Shown: positions 40,426 to 52,896 of the stretch, in pieces
How the letters are laid out: each line of letters opens with the position of its first letter
Position numbering within the stretch: position 1 is the stretch's first letter
Source of the DNA: Adineta vaga
Lineage: Eukaryota > Animalia > Rotifera
Direction of reading: 5' to 3'
Assembly (NCBI GenBank): GCA_021613535.1
Contig: CP075495.1
Span: 6,324,001-6,388,000, forward strand
DNA length: 64,000 nt
Notes under the pieces: generated by a model
The model's database searches: none
Seen by the model: only the letters and a program-made list of their open reading frames with translations
What the model was told of the DNA's origin: nothing
Program-made: the position numbers and the translations under genes

Positions 40426-42790
40426 TTGACGAACGAAGTGAATAAATCCTAATTTATATAGATATCGTTTACCTTTTCAAAGAATCTTCTGTAATGCCAA
40501 ATAAGAAATAAGATCGATCACGCAATTTCACTTGCTAAGAATAAGAGAGAACTATGCATAATTATCGAGGATGAAAACGAGGTAAACTAGTGAACATCAA
40601 CGTCGATGTATAAGTTTCTTATTTATCACTAATTTTAATTCATTGAAGTGTGCAGACGTGATACAGATGAGAACGTCGAGACGTAAAAACGATTGGATTG
40701 TTTGTTCTAATAATTGCTTCACTAACTTTGAATAAATGAGAAGAAGAAAAAAAAAAGAAAATATATATCGTCAAAGAAAGGATGATAAAATATATTAAAA
40801 GACGGTCACACGTTGGTGAATAGTAAAGATTTCTTCTCTTACACTTTGTTATATAGATAAATTGACAACTAGAGTTGTGTCTCCTTCTTTGCCTCCTCCT
40901 TCTCTCATTCTATCGTTTCATTTTTAAGTATATATCTATGCATGTAGGTATGCATGTGTCCACATAAACATTTGTCTATGTAAGATGCGCCCCTTCGATT
41001 ATTACACGTAAAAAAATCGTTCACCTTTCATTTTTCTACCTCATTTCTTTCTCCATTCGTTGGCCATCGTACGGGGAGACACTGACCCTCACACAAAGAG
41101 CTTGTGTACTTGATAATCATGCTCAGTGAACCAAAGAATTTTTTCTTTCTTCTGTATTCTTACTATCATTGCTGTATCTGTCCATTTTTTTTCTATTGAT
41201 AGATGCAATAGTTTAGTCAATGATGTATGCTCAAAACTCATATAAATTTGTCCATGTACGACACCGAGAAAAAACGAAGAATGAGAATTTTTTTTAAACG
41301 TAACTCGGCAATGACATATAAAATAGTGTATCTATATGTTGACCTTGTATAAATATTGTATATTATATCATCCAGTACGGTCAGATGTTTAAATGACAAT
41401 GAACATTGACCTTCTAAATGGACATCAATGATAGGAAAATGATATATAAAATTTTTTTGATTGACTATACTCAAAAAAGAATGACATAGGAGTTAATGTT
41501 CCTTTTTAAATGCAGGATAATTGTTGAAATTAGAAAATGAATTATTGTTTCAAAGAGATGCGACACAATCTCATGTAAATGTATATCATTGAGTGATAGC
41601 TTTTATATTTACATCTGGTAAAATAAAAGAGTAAACGAGAACAGTATTTAAATTATTATAAAGAAATGTTTATACTCTCTCTCTGTCGAACAATTATCAA
41701 AAAACGAAAATGTATAGACAAATATATATATATATCGAAAAATAATGAGAGAAGCTGAATTATTGATAGTATGTAAGCTTTACTCTTCTCATTATTTCAT
41801 CTATACTACACAATAGAAGAATATAGTAGATTAAACATTTTCGATTTATACTGCCTTTTGTATAGTACTTCTTATCAAATTCTATACATGCTAAAATCAC
41901 CAACATCACAATAGGAAAGATGCAGGTTAAGTATCTGCACTATCCTTTTTCTCTATCGATGGCATTTTACACTATTATAGTCAAAAATAATCGAACGACT
42001 AAACTTACTTAAAGTATTATAACTATGTAAAAGATATGAATCATTTTGACATGTACTACACAAATTGATTTGTAATTAACATTCTGACAATAATTCAATT
42101 TATTAATTTTCAAAGTTTTAAAGTCGTTCGAATGTTTAAATGGTACTGATCTCTTTCATCTTCGTCATTTACTATCTCCATATCCTATATATATATATCG
42201 TGAACAGTGTTGATGATGTTGATAGCAATGACATATAAAGTTAATACAGAGAATTATTTACTGTTATATAGAGTAGTAATATTGATATCCAGAATAGCTT
42301 TTCTCTTACTAAAACTTTGTTATTCATTTTTTTTTCATTATCACTCTATTTATGATTTTATGGTAATATTATTTTTGATTTATTAGGAATTTGTCATCTT
42401 TCTCTTGATGTAATTAATTATCTATATCTACACAAATATTGACGAAAAAGGACTAACATTTTTTTCGGATTACATACATATACTTTGTTTAGAGTAAGAG
42501 TTTTGATAATTATAACTCGATAGTTTTAACATTTTGCTATGAATAGATAAATGAAATCAACTATATTAGTTGTAAATGTAAAACGTCAATCGTGTTTTCT
42601 TCTGAACTACGATCAAATTATCATGTTCATTTTTATAAAGAATATTATTGACTTCTGTTCTTTTTATTATTCATTTGTCAACGGTTGAAATCATCCATCT
42701 TAGAACATAAACAACAAACGAAAAACATCATATTGTCTACTGTTCTTTTGATTATATTTCATATGATGTTGAAATATTGTTGATAACTGT

Positions 42791-43920
42791 CTAGTTTGTT
42801 TTGCCGGCAAGCCGTCGATCACGTTCTTCTGCAACTGATAAACGTAAACCTTTACCAGATGGGAGTGATACCCAAGATTTTTGACCTTTACCAATAACAA
42901 ATACATATGCCAAACTAAAACGATCATTTAATTAATAGAAAAAATGAACATTTTCTTTTTCAAAAGAAAAACCAATCTTACCGAGTAGCAAATGTATGTC
43001 CATTTGCATCTTTAACATGAACAATATCGAATGAACCTGGATGACGTTCACGTGATTGAATAATACCAACACGACCCAAATTGTGTCCACCAGTAATCAT
43101 AACAATATTACCTGCAAAGAAAACTCTTCTTTTTTACAGAAAAAAATACATATGTAAATCGTAAAAAATATACCGGTATCAAATTTAATATGATCTTGAA
43201 TTTTTCCAGTAGCAATATCAAGTTGAATAGTATCATTTGCTTTGATATGTGGGTCTGGATAACGAATTGTTCGTGCATCATGTGTAATTAAATATGGGAC
43301 TTTCTTTGGGCCCATACATAACGATTTAACTTTACATAATTTATACTAAATCAAAAGACATAGTTTTGTATAACTCTCTTACTATTTCAATGAAAATGAT
43401 AACATATTTTTAAAAACTCAAATCCTATTTATGCATAAAATTTGACACTTACCTTAGCTTCTTCAGCTGTAATACGATGAATACAGAATCGACCTTTAAC
43501 GTCATAAATTAAACGAAAATGTTCACCTGTTTTTTCAATGGTAATAACATCTAAAGAAACAAATAATATTCACTATAAATTATGTTTAATATTAGAACAA
43601 ACCCATAAAACCAGCTGGAAAAAGAAAATCAGTTCGAACGCGTCCATCGATCTTAATTAGACGTTGTTTACAAATTTTTTTTGCTTCAACATAGGTCAAT
43701 GCATATTTCAATCGATTACGTAAGAAGATGATCATTGGTAAACATTCACGTGTCTTATGTGGACCAGATGATGGTTTGGGAGCAAAAACACCACCCAATT
43801 TATCGAGCATCCAATGTTTTGGTGCATGAAGTCGTTTCAAATGTTTACGAATACCACGATACTAAAGAAAAGACGTTCGAAAAATCACTTTAAAATCAGA
43901 ACAATTGATCTTACACCCAT
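42791..43920 (-). CDS. RPS4: 40S ribosomal protein S4 (eS4), multi-exon
   Basis: [20 protein letters not shown]...[31 protein letters not shown]...[15 protein letters not shown] and [20 protein letters not shown]. Confidence 0.98.
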
Positions 43921-43991
43921 GTTTTTTAGCTGTTAATAAAGATCAAGATCTTTCTTACGATCTAAAACAATTCAAAGCAAAGTAAAAACAC

Positions 43992-43998
43992 GGAAAAG
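43992..43998 (-). promoter_or_regulatory. Candidate TCT/5'TOP polypyrimidine initiator of RPS4
   Basis: Minus strand reads CTTTTCC about 75 nt upstream of the RPS4 ATG, a typical ribosomal-protein start motif. Confidence 0.35.
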
Positions 43999-44325
43999 CA
44001 ATATTTTATGTAAAAATGTCGACCAATCAATGATCAGTTGAATCAACCACACTTTGTTCAAACTAGTTTATGATTAAATTCATCAATCATTTAATTAACT
44101 ATTCTAATTCTGTCAAAGAAAATACAAATTCATGAGAAATGAACATGATTATACTTCAAGAAATGTATAAGTGTGTTATATAGTTCAATGTAGAGGCTAT
44201 ACGAATCAAAAATCAATATGGTTGATTTGTTCTTTTCTTCCTTTTAACGTCACACACTCTCACCGTGTCGTGTATATACATACTATACAGTAGTAATATA
44301 TTATAAAATCGAAAATATCATATCG

Positions 44326-47300
44326 ATGTCTGGAGGTATTGAATTTCTTTAATTTCACTTCAATGAATGATTTTGAATATTATTTTTCTAGTTGAACTTG
44401 ATCTCGTTTGTACAGAAAGTGATGCCGATGACTTTTCATCATCAACAAGTATGTAGAGATTACTTAAATTAATTTGAAATAAGAACAAAAGAAAAGAACT
44501 CATTAAAAAGACTATTTTCAATTTCAATTGAGTATTTGTTACTTCACAAAGTACATTCGAAAAGCTTTACGTTTATTGTAGTAAAGAAGATGATAGTGAA
44601 ACAGACAATCATTTCAACATCGTTTTTACAGAAAAACGTGTTCTTTCATCTTTTGTATTCGTGAAGATTTTAGTCCAAAGTGAGGTCAGTATGTCTATCT
44701 TTCTTTCATTTCTACTGGTCGACGATGAACGCGACGTTCACGTTGTTATGTGCAAGGTATGATGCAATCAAAATTACATCTGTATGTGACGATCGAGACG
44801 AAAGAGTGTATACATCTACTTATATTCATAACGCGCCTTCTTATTAATATGACAAATGTTTAATTTTCATTTAAATATAATGCGTAAAAAACAAAAAATT
44901 GATACATTTTCATAGGAAATAGATGACTAGTTGTTACTGGCAAAATGCCAGGTTATGACTATAGAAACTGTATGAACAGATTGATTTCGGTTGGTACTTA
45001 CAAAATCAAAAGAGAAGCTCTATATTTCTTTTTCTAGTCTACTTGTGTTCTATATCATTTCTAGAGTCCAAACAAACTCGAAATGTTTCCATCGAGGAAG
45101 ATCTAGTAAGTTAAATAGAACAAATCTCAGTTTGGTTTTTCAATCCTTATTATTCATTTAGATATTTGAAGATGTTAATGATGTTAGTGACATTAATGAT
45201 GTTAATGATGTTAGTAATGAAGATGATGATGACATAGCAATCATTGAACCTACAGAAGCTAATACATCCAATGACAATGCTGAAACTCAAATAACAATTG
45301 AAAATGATTATTCGAATCCTACTGAAACAGCGTTGAGTGATGATACCAGAAATGAATCAAATGAAAACGGTAAACGTCGAACAACAGAGAGAGTTTCTTC
45401 GTCTTCATCTTCCTCCAGCGCTTCGAGTAGTAGCAGCAGCAGCAGCAACACTGGCAACAGTTCCAATCATCATCATTCAATACATGGTAGTTGTTTAGTA
45501 GCAAAAGATAACAACTAGTTTCCTATTGACGAATTTAACAAATTTAACTTTTCCTTCATTTCATTTAAATATACCATAAGACATTGTTTTTTCTTCTTCT
45601 TTGCTCTCATAGATTCCAATGATGAAATGCTTGACAATGATTCAAGTTGTATTCCGATGGAAATGACAAGTGCAGTTACAAAACACGGAAATAGTTTTAA
45701 TGGAAAAGAGCATCGTAAACCATCGGGAGTACCGACATTAATGATAACAGTGAAAAATGAAATGGCTCATCCAGCTGATGAACAGACTATTCCAGTAACT
45801 GGTACGATTCGATAAAATTTTTATATGTGAATAAATGTTGAGCGATATCAATTTTTCTCTTTAATATATTTTAGATCCTACAGAAACTGCTACACTTCGT
45901 CACATATTTAGTGATGCTGTTTATTTTTTAATTAAAAGTGGTAATGAAGAAAATATTTCATTAGCAAAATCGAAAGTAAATCGAATATGAAAGTTAAATT
46001 ATATATGATATATTTTACATTGTTCAAAGGGTGTATGGTCAACTCCACCAGGAAATGAAATTAAACTCAATCGGGCTTTTCGAGTAAAAATTTTATCTAC
46101 GATAAAAGAAAAACGAACTTAATTATAAATAAATTCACAACTTTTTAGGAACATCGAAATGTTATTTTGATCTTTTCTGTTGCAGAAAGCAAAGCGTTTC
46201 AAGGTTTTGCTCGTATGTCATGTGAAGCTCGTCATGATAGTCAGCCAGTTCATTGGATATTGCCACCAGGCATGAGTAATCGAGCCTTTTCTGGTGTTAT
46301 TCATATTGATTGGGTTACTTGGTAAGATCTTTGAAATTTCGTTCTAATTCATAATTTCATTTTTGTTCTCTTAATAGTCGAAGTTTACCATTTAGTAAAA
46401 CATCACATTTGTTCAATTCATGGAATGAGAACAAGCCGGTTAAAATTGGACGTGATGGTCAAGTAAAAGAGTTTTATTTGAAAAATAAATATACTTTCAT
46501 ATTTTCAAAAGGAAATTGAACCACGTTGTGCTGAAGCTTTATGTCGTCTATTTCCATCAGATGGATCTATTGATATTATGTCCATAGCATTAAAAGCAAA
46601 ACGAAATAAAAAACGTCATTTCTCTCGTTCACAATCACGTTCACCATTGGCAGTGAATAATCCATCATCATCGTCACCACCGCCATTATTAGAAGCTCCA
46701 TCATCATCATCATCATCACCACCACCACCACCACCACCAACATTAATAATTAAACGTCAAATATCCAAAGATCATAATCGTCGTTCATCGTCGACTAGTA
46801 AACATCGACCAACATCATCATTCCATATGTCATCTCGTTATTCTTCTACGCGTTATGATCATCATCCTCAGCGTCGTCGATCACCTTCAACGAATGATCG
46901 TCATAGGTCAGACGTGACTCTTTATTTATTAAATATTCGTCTTACGAATCCGGCGATTATATTCTTTACTAATAGAACTTTTAAAAAAGGTGTTGGTTGA
47001 TAGAGGCAGTCTTTCTTTTTTCCGCACACATCATTGGTCATATCTAACATACGGCTATTACAACATGCACATACAAGATGAAGCCGACTGCTACTTTACG
47101 AACTTTTGCGTACATGAAAAAAGAGAAAAGAATCTAATACCAAAGCATGTTACATCTTTATCCAACAAAGAACTCATATTCATTATTTCGATAAAGATGG
47201 ACTATGTCTGTTTGACAGACTGAAACATATATATGTGTACACACACATATATATATATATATATATTTATCGTTATCTTTTATAAGAAGAAAAATTAACG

Positions 47301-48439
47301 ACGAATATGACTGCATTTTCCCGGTTCGCTCGTTTACTTCAGAAAAGTGATTTTTTTCCTTGAATTCGAGGACTAGATAGACGATGATATTAAAAGAAAA
47401 AACTAAACTAAGTGCGCTGATACATATGCATGTGGAGATACATAAGAATGCATAATAAACATAATCAATAGACATTCTTAATAATAGAGATTTTCAAACA
47501 TTTATTATTTTGGTTTTTGTTAATCTTAATTTAGACGTGAGAAATCAAGAAGTCGAGAACGTACAAGTAAAGATTCACTACGAAAACGACGACGACGATC
47601 AGGTATGATTGAAATTGTTTTTTTCTTCCCGATAATCTCATCTTACTAATTAAAAATCAACTCATGAGTTGTTATCTTCTAGGATCATCATCTCATTCAC
47701 ATCACGGTAGTAAAAATACTTCCAATCGAAAACATTCACATCGCAGTAATGGCGATCAATCATCTTACAATGGTACGAACAAAGCAATGGCAAAAATTAT
47801 TGGTAACGGGGTAATAAAAAATCAAATTGAATTTTTCCTCAAAATCTTTGTATGATCTGTTTCTACATAGACATATGAAGATTACATGAATCATTTAATT
47901 ACAGCCCATGCTCAATATGGTGGTTTTGGAGGATCGATGTTTTCATCAGGAGTAAGTCCTACTTATCTTTATTTTGTTTATAAATCAATGATGACTATAA
48001 CATTTGAACATTCCTAATTATGTTCTCATTCTTCTAGGGATATCCTATGTCCTATGATCCGAATAGTTTTTATCCACTGACCTATGATCATCGTGGTATG
48101 CCAATATCAATGCATGGTGGAGGTTATGATTTTCAAATGGATATGTATCCTCCACAATGTACATCTTCTACATCGTCGCGTTCGAGAAATACAACAGATG
48201 TAAATATTTCAAAATTATCAATAGAATATTCTCACATATTTTGTTCCTTTCCTCATTCTACTTAGTATGAACAAGAAATCAATGCTTTTCTTCGTCATAC
48301 AACAACGTCCAATATCTATCCATCCATTGATAATGGTACTAAATCGCATCGAAATCATCATTATCATCGAAATGAAAATGATTATCGTCATAAAACATCC
48401 TCTCGACAACACTCGAAATCACGTGAACATCGTCGTTAG
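44326..48439 (+). CDS. YTHDC1: YTH domain-containing protein 1 (nuclear m6A reader), multi-exon
   Basis: Spliced YTH domain [36 protein letters not shown]...[15 protein letters not shown]...WILPPGM...[20 protein letters not shown]. Acidic N-terminus and RS/Pro-rich C-terminus with YEDY and [10 protein letters not shown] blocks. Confidence 0.93.
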
Positions 48440-48799
48440 TTTCGAAAAAAAACGGATTTTTTTGTCTTTGTTTTGTCATGTTGCTTTTTTTAACAAACTG
48501 TTTCTTTTTAGTGTGCTCTCTTTCACACGACCATCTCCTTGATTTTTCTTTGTTGGTCTCGCTAGTGTGTGCGTATGTGTGTATGTGTGTGTGTGTGTAA
48601 ATGAGAAAAACACTTGTTTTCTTTTTTTCTTGACCTTGTATTTACGTATGGGATGAAATTAAAAATGGGTGGGTGGGTGTGAGGTGAGTTTTTCTGTGCC
48701 AGTCTTTGATTTCTTTTCGTATACTTTGGTTTTACGTATTCACATTGCACATTCAGTTTGTTCTGTGATATATCATATTTATCGCTTTTATTTGATTAA

Positions 48800-51700
48800 G
48801 GGGGCCCCCCCACCATAAAAAGTCAATTTTTGTCAAATTTTTCGATATTTTTTTTAATCTTTCATTTGATAAAGCAAGTTCTCCTCTATCGAATGCACTA
48901 TCGTTTATCTAATTTACGATGAGTTTTTCGTATATTATAGAAGTTTTTCTGAGACCCACCATTACAGATAATTTTGTTCGAAAAATTTCAGTGATTAGAG
49001 TCTTTCTGTTTTCCATTTTTACAGTGATTGATAAGGAATTGAGTGTCATTAAGTCTAATAGGTGTTGAAATGGAAAATCCAACCTTTAAAAATACGAAAC
49101 ATCGGTTTTTGAAACCCGAAGTTTTCTATAAACCACTTATTGCAATATACTAATTCATAATAAATAACGTGGGTACTATCACACTTGATCTTTTTCGTGT
49201 TTTTCTTATTGTATATGATGTCATATACTATATTTTTCGTTCTACAATTGAATGCAATTCCACTTTTGCGTTCCTTCTATTAGTCATGAACTTTCTTCTT
49301 TGATTTTTTCGGACGTTCTGCTCTATATATAAATACCTATCATTACTTTATACAAGTAATATAACGTTCTCGTTCTCTGCTTCATCTAACTTCACTCTCT
49401 ATCACTACTGTATATTTAACACATCTATTCAATCCGTTATCAAAAAGAATTCAATGGATAACATTAAAATTCGTCGAAAAACCAAAAGTAGAAGATCCAT
49501 TATGAGAACTGTTCGGTCTAGCAATTCGAAAAGAAAGCGAAGTTGTTCATCAATATCCAACACTTCTAATGCAGAACAAATTGAAAATTTTCTCGATTCT
49601 TATTCAATTATTCATACCAAATCCTTGATCTCATTACTGAAGCAATTTAAATGTTGTCAATGTAATAATTTATGGAATGGGTCAGTTCTAATCAAAGAAC
49701 GAAATGGACTATATGTACAATTTGAATTTCGGTGCTCTTCCTGTGAATTTTCAACTCGTCTTTATTCATCATCAACATTACCAAATAGTAAACGTCATGA
49801 TATAAATGTTCGATTAGCGCTCGGTGGTACATTGTGTGGATTAGGTCGTGATGGTATTGGAAAACTTCTTGGTGCTCTCAATTTGCCACCACCAGTTCAA
49901 GAACATAAATATCGTGCTACACAAGAATTCATTCTCGATTACGTAGAAAAAGCTAAACATAAATCAATGGTTGCTGCGATTGAAGCAGCTATTGATGAAG
50001 GTGGTGGTGCGCGCGATATAACGGTGAGTGGCGATGGTGCATGGCTAACTCGAGGTTATTCGAGTATTCATGGAGTTGCTGCTTTATGCACAGCAACAAA
50101 GCGACCAAAAGTTATCGATACAAGCTGGTCTTCAAAAAAATGTGCAAAATGTCAAGGAGCAGAAAGCCTGCGTCACCTAGATCCTGGTTTGTTTGCATAT
50201 TTCCAGCAAAATCATGAATGTCAACTGAACTACACCGGTAAGCTTTTTGCCAACTGTTATAAACTAAAATGTCACCCTAATCTCTTTATCTCAGGTTCAT
50301 CCGGTGGAATGGAGAAAGAAATGATACACGAGATGTTTTCAAGATCCTGTCTAAAATACAACGTTATATACAGTTCCTATATTGGCGATGGCGATGCGAA
50401 AGTACATAAACATCTGACCAACAATCCACCATATTCCAATATATGTATAAAAAAACTCGAGGATACGAATCACTTCGCCAAACGTATGTTCAATAGGATC
50501 ATGAAGATTAAAAAGGAGAACAAGGGTGTCTTACTAAGTGATGGGAAGAGATTCAATGGAAAAGGTCGATTTACTGATGCTTTAGCAATTAAATTTAAAA
50601 TTTATTTTGCTAAAGCGATACGAAGTAGTAAAAAATGATTTAAATGAATTGTACAAGAAATCTTGGGCCATTTTTCGTCATCACTACTCCACAAACGAAC
50701 AGCCCATGCACGACTGGTGCGATGGGCAGTGGTGCAAGTACATTCAGGCAACTTCAAATGGTCAAGAATACAATCACAACTCAAAATCAACCATACCACG
50801 ACCTTGTTTAGATTTAATAAAACCTGTCTTCGAAGAATTGTGTTCTTACAATAGTTTGGAACGAGTGGTAAATGGTGGTTCACAAAATGCAAATGAGTCT
50901 TTGCATGCGATGCTATGGACGATGGTACCTAAGCATAGATACTGCTCTTCCACAGTTCTGCGTATTGCTTTAGGTTTAACGACAATCATTTACAATGATG
51001 GTTATGATAATTTATACAAAATATTTATCAGTATGTTGGCGTCTATGGGTTATTATTCTGGACAATGTTTTCGAAGACTTAGTGAACAAAGTAAATATAA
51101 TAGATTAAAAGTTCAGAAGAGATTTGCAAAAAAAGCGAAAACAACAATGGTTTCTGGTGCTGATATCTCTTCAAGTGAAAGTGGCGATGAATTGTTATTT
51201 TCTATGGATTCAACCAATAATGATTCCCTCAATATTTGTAATGGCTTGATGGACTTAGAAATACTCAATGATAGTGTTATTAGTGACTATGAACCAGGAG
51301 GAGATGATTGATCTATTTGTCTCGACTGATTTTCTGAATAGATTTGCTATCTTGTATCTTATTTTGGGTTCTCATAGATTAGTCTATAAACTTTTGTAGG
51401 ATCTGTTGATCTAGAAACACTAAAATATACTTTCTGCTAATTTTCTTATCCATAAAATACTATTATTTTATTATATAAATTTATTGATATAAATTCAGAT
51501 GAATTACATTCGTATTATATACATAACGTCTATTGACTTCGCGGCGGGCGAGAGAAAACACCATAAAATAGACTAAATATACTACATAGAGATTTTATAT
51601 TAGCCTATTTAGTTTATTCTCATCAATATTGTACCATACCCTCACTCAATTTCTCTTTCTCTACCATTTTGTCGTGAAAAATGTGTTAAATTTCACTTCT

Positions 51701-52222
51701 CAAACTTCTTTTGCTTTTTTCTCAAAATGAAAATTTTCGTCCTAAAGGTTTTTTGTGCCCCAGATTTCTCCACTACCGTAAGCGCTAGAAAGCTCGGGTT
51801 GGTCTTAAAATGAAGAGGATGATCAACTCTACATCTTAACAGAGTCGGATTTTTTATTTTATTTCTAATACTGAATGAAAGTCGTCTATTTTACAATACA
51901 CGAACTTCCGTATTTGGGTCTCTCACGTAAATTTAGTTTAAAAAAATTACTATAGCAAGAGAAAAAAATCTGACTTTGTTAAGTTGTAGTACCGGATCTC
52001 AGCAACATTTTAAAACTAGTCCGACGTCTCCAGCTTTCGAAATAGCCGAGAAATCTGGGGCGCCAGAAGACCAGGTTTTGACCCAGGATCTCAAGGTGCG
52101 TTCAATATTTTGCGCTGAATTTTATACTGTATCATATCTGGCCCAATACAAGTCTCCTGTGAAATTTTCAGCAATATTGTATGATGAGAAAGCAAAATAG
52201 AATTGATGGTGGGGGGGCCCCC
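48800..52222 (+). mobile_element. Full-length Kolobok-type DNA transposon with 17-bp TIRs and TTAA target site duplication
   Basis: TTAA (48796-48799) + GGGGGCCCCCCCACCAT (48800-48816) at the left end; ATGGTGGGGGGGCCCCC (52206-52222) + TTAA (52223-52226) at the right end; internal DDE transposase. RR...YY termini with TTAA fit Kolobok rather than piggyBac. Confidence 0.88.
49454..51311 (+). CDS. DDE transposase (~600 aa reconstructed), split by a +1 frameshift at 50630-50635, with one 57-nt intron (50238-50294)
   Basis: Basic N-terminus, CxxC...CxxC zinc finger, SGDGAWLTRGYSS (D1), CQLNYT/GSSGGME, YIGDGD (D2), HFAKR, HH-x8-H-x2-C and SQNANESLHAMLW..VPK (E). Confidence 0.88.
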
Positions 52223-52326
52223 TTAACTAATTTTATGCGAAAACGAATATAAATGTAAACAAGAGTGAACAAATAAAATTTTTGTCGAATTTAATGAACG
52301 AGAGACAGCGATATTGTTTTATCTTA

Positions 52327-52896
52327 TTATCTTGTGCTTTTTATTTGTCTTGGAACAATTAAATGTGTCGATTGTAATGGTAGATTCATTTGAATTGATT
52401 TGAATGGTTGAGATACTTTAACATGATTAAGTGATTTGATATTTGACGGTTGCGATGAAGGAATCAATTCTAGAAGATTTGTATGTGCTTTCGATCGTTT
52501 TATAAAAAATAATGTAAATAAACTACCAACAATCAGAATACTAATTAGACTAATACTGATGATAGGAAGATAATTTCGATGATTATATTTTTTCTCTATG
52601 GATATCATACGTGATATTCTACGGTGATTACAATGAATATCATGAATATTTTTCGAGCAATAAATACATTTTTCCGTACGAATATAGACAAGTGTTTCTG
52701 TGGGACATAGATTTGGATTGTTAATATCAAGTTGAACAACTAATGGTTGATTTGTTTGATTGAAAGAGATGATTGGTAAACAAATTGATCCTTTCCAATT
52801 ATATTGACATAGATCATCGGTTTGATATAAAGTATAAGTAATTAATTTCGAATGAATATTATTAGAAAAGAGAAGAAAACTAATAATAAAAAGCAT
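52327..52896 (-). CDS. Orphan type I membrane protein with a small Cys-containing ectodomain
   Basis: Signal-like MLFIISFLLFSNNIHS, six Cys, a TM (LPIISISLISILIVGSLFTLFFI) followed by KRSK. Intronless ORF. Confidence 0.65.
   Translation of the reverse strand: MLFIISFLLFSNNIHSKLITYTLYQTDDLCQYNWKGSICLPIISFNQTNQPLVVQLDINNPNLCPTETLVYIRTEKCIYCSKNIHDIHCNHRRISRMISIEKKYNHRNYLPIISISLISILIVGSLFTLFFIKRSKAHTNLLELIPSSQPSNIKSLNHVKVSQPFKSIQMNLPLQSTHLIVPRQIKSTR

Noticed and set aside
43347-43452. Intronic snoRNA in the longest RPS4 intron
   Set aside because: No C/D boxes or H/ACA architecture visible.
46907-47534. m6A (DRACH)-rich autoregulatory intron in YTHDC1
   Set aside because: A rough count of DRACH motifs is near chance expectation for this composition, and the small ORFs there look spurious.
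51976-52200. 74-aa ORF as a KolX-like second gene
   Set aside because: Non-ATG start, short, no conserved Cys/His pattern, and located in the subterminal region.
48800-52222. piggyBac or Mutator assignment for the transposon
   Set aside because: piggyBac ends start CCY and its transposase motifs differ; MULEs typically have long TIRs and ~9-bp TSDs.
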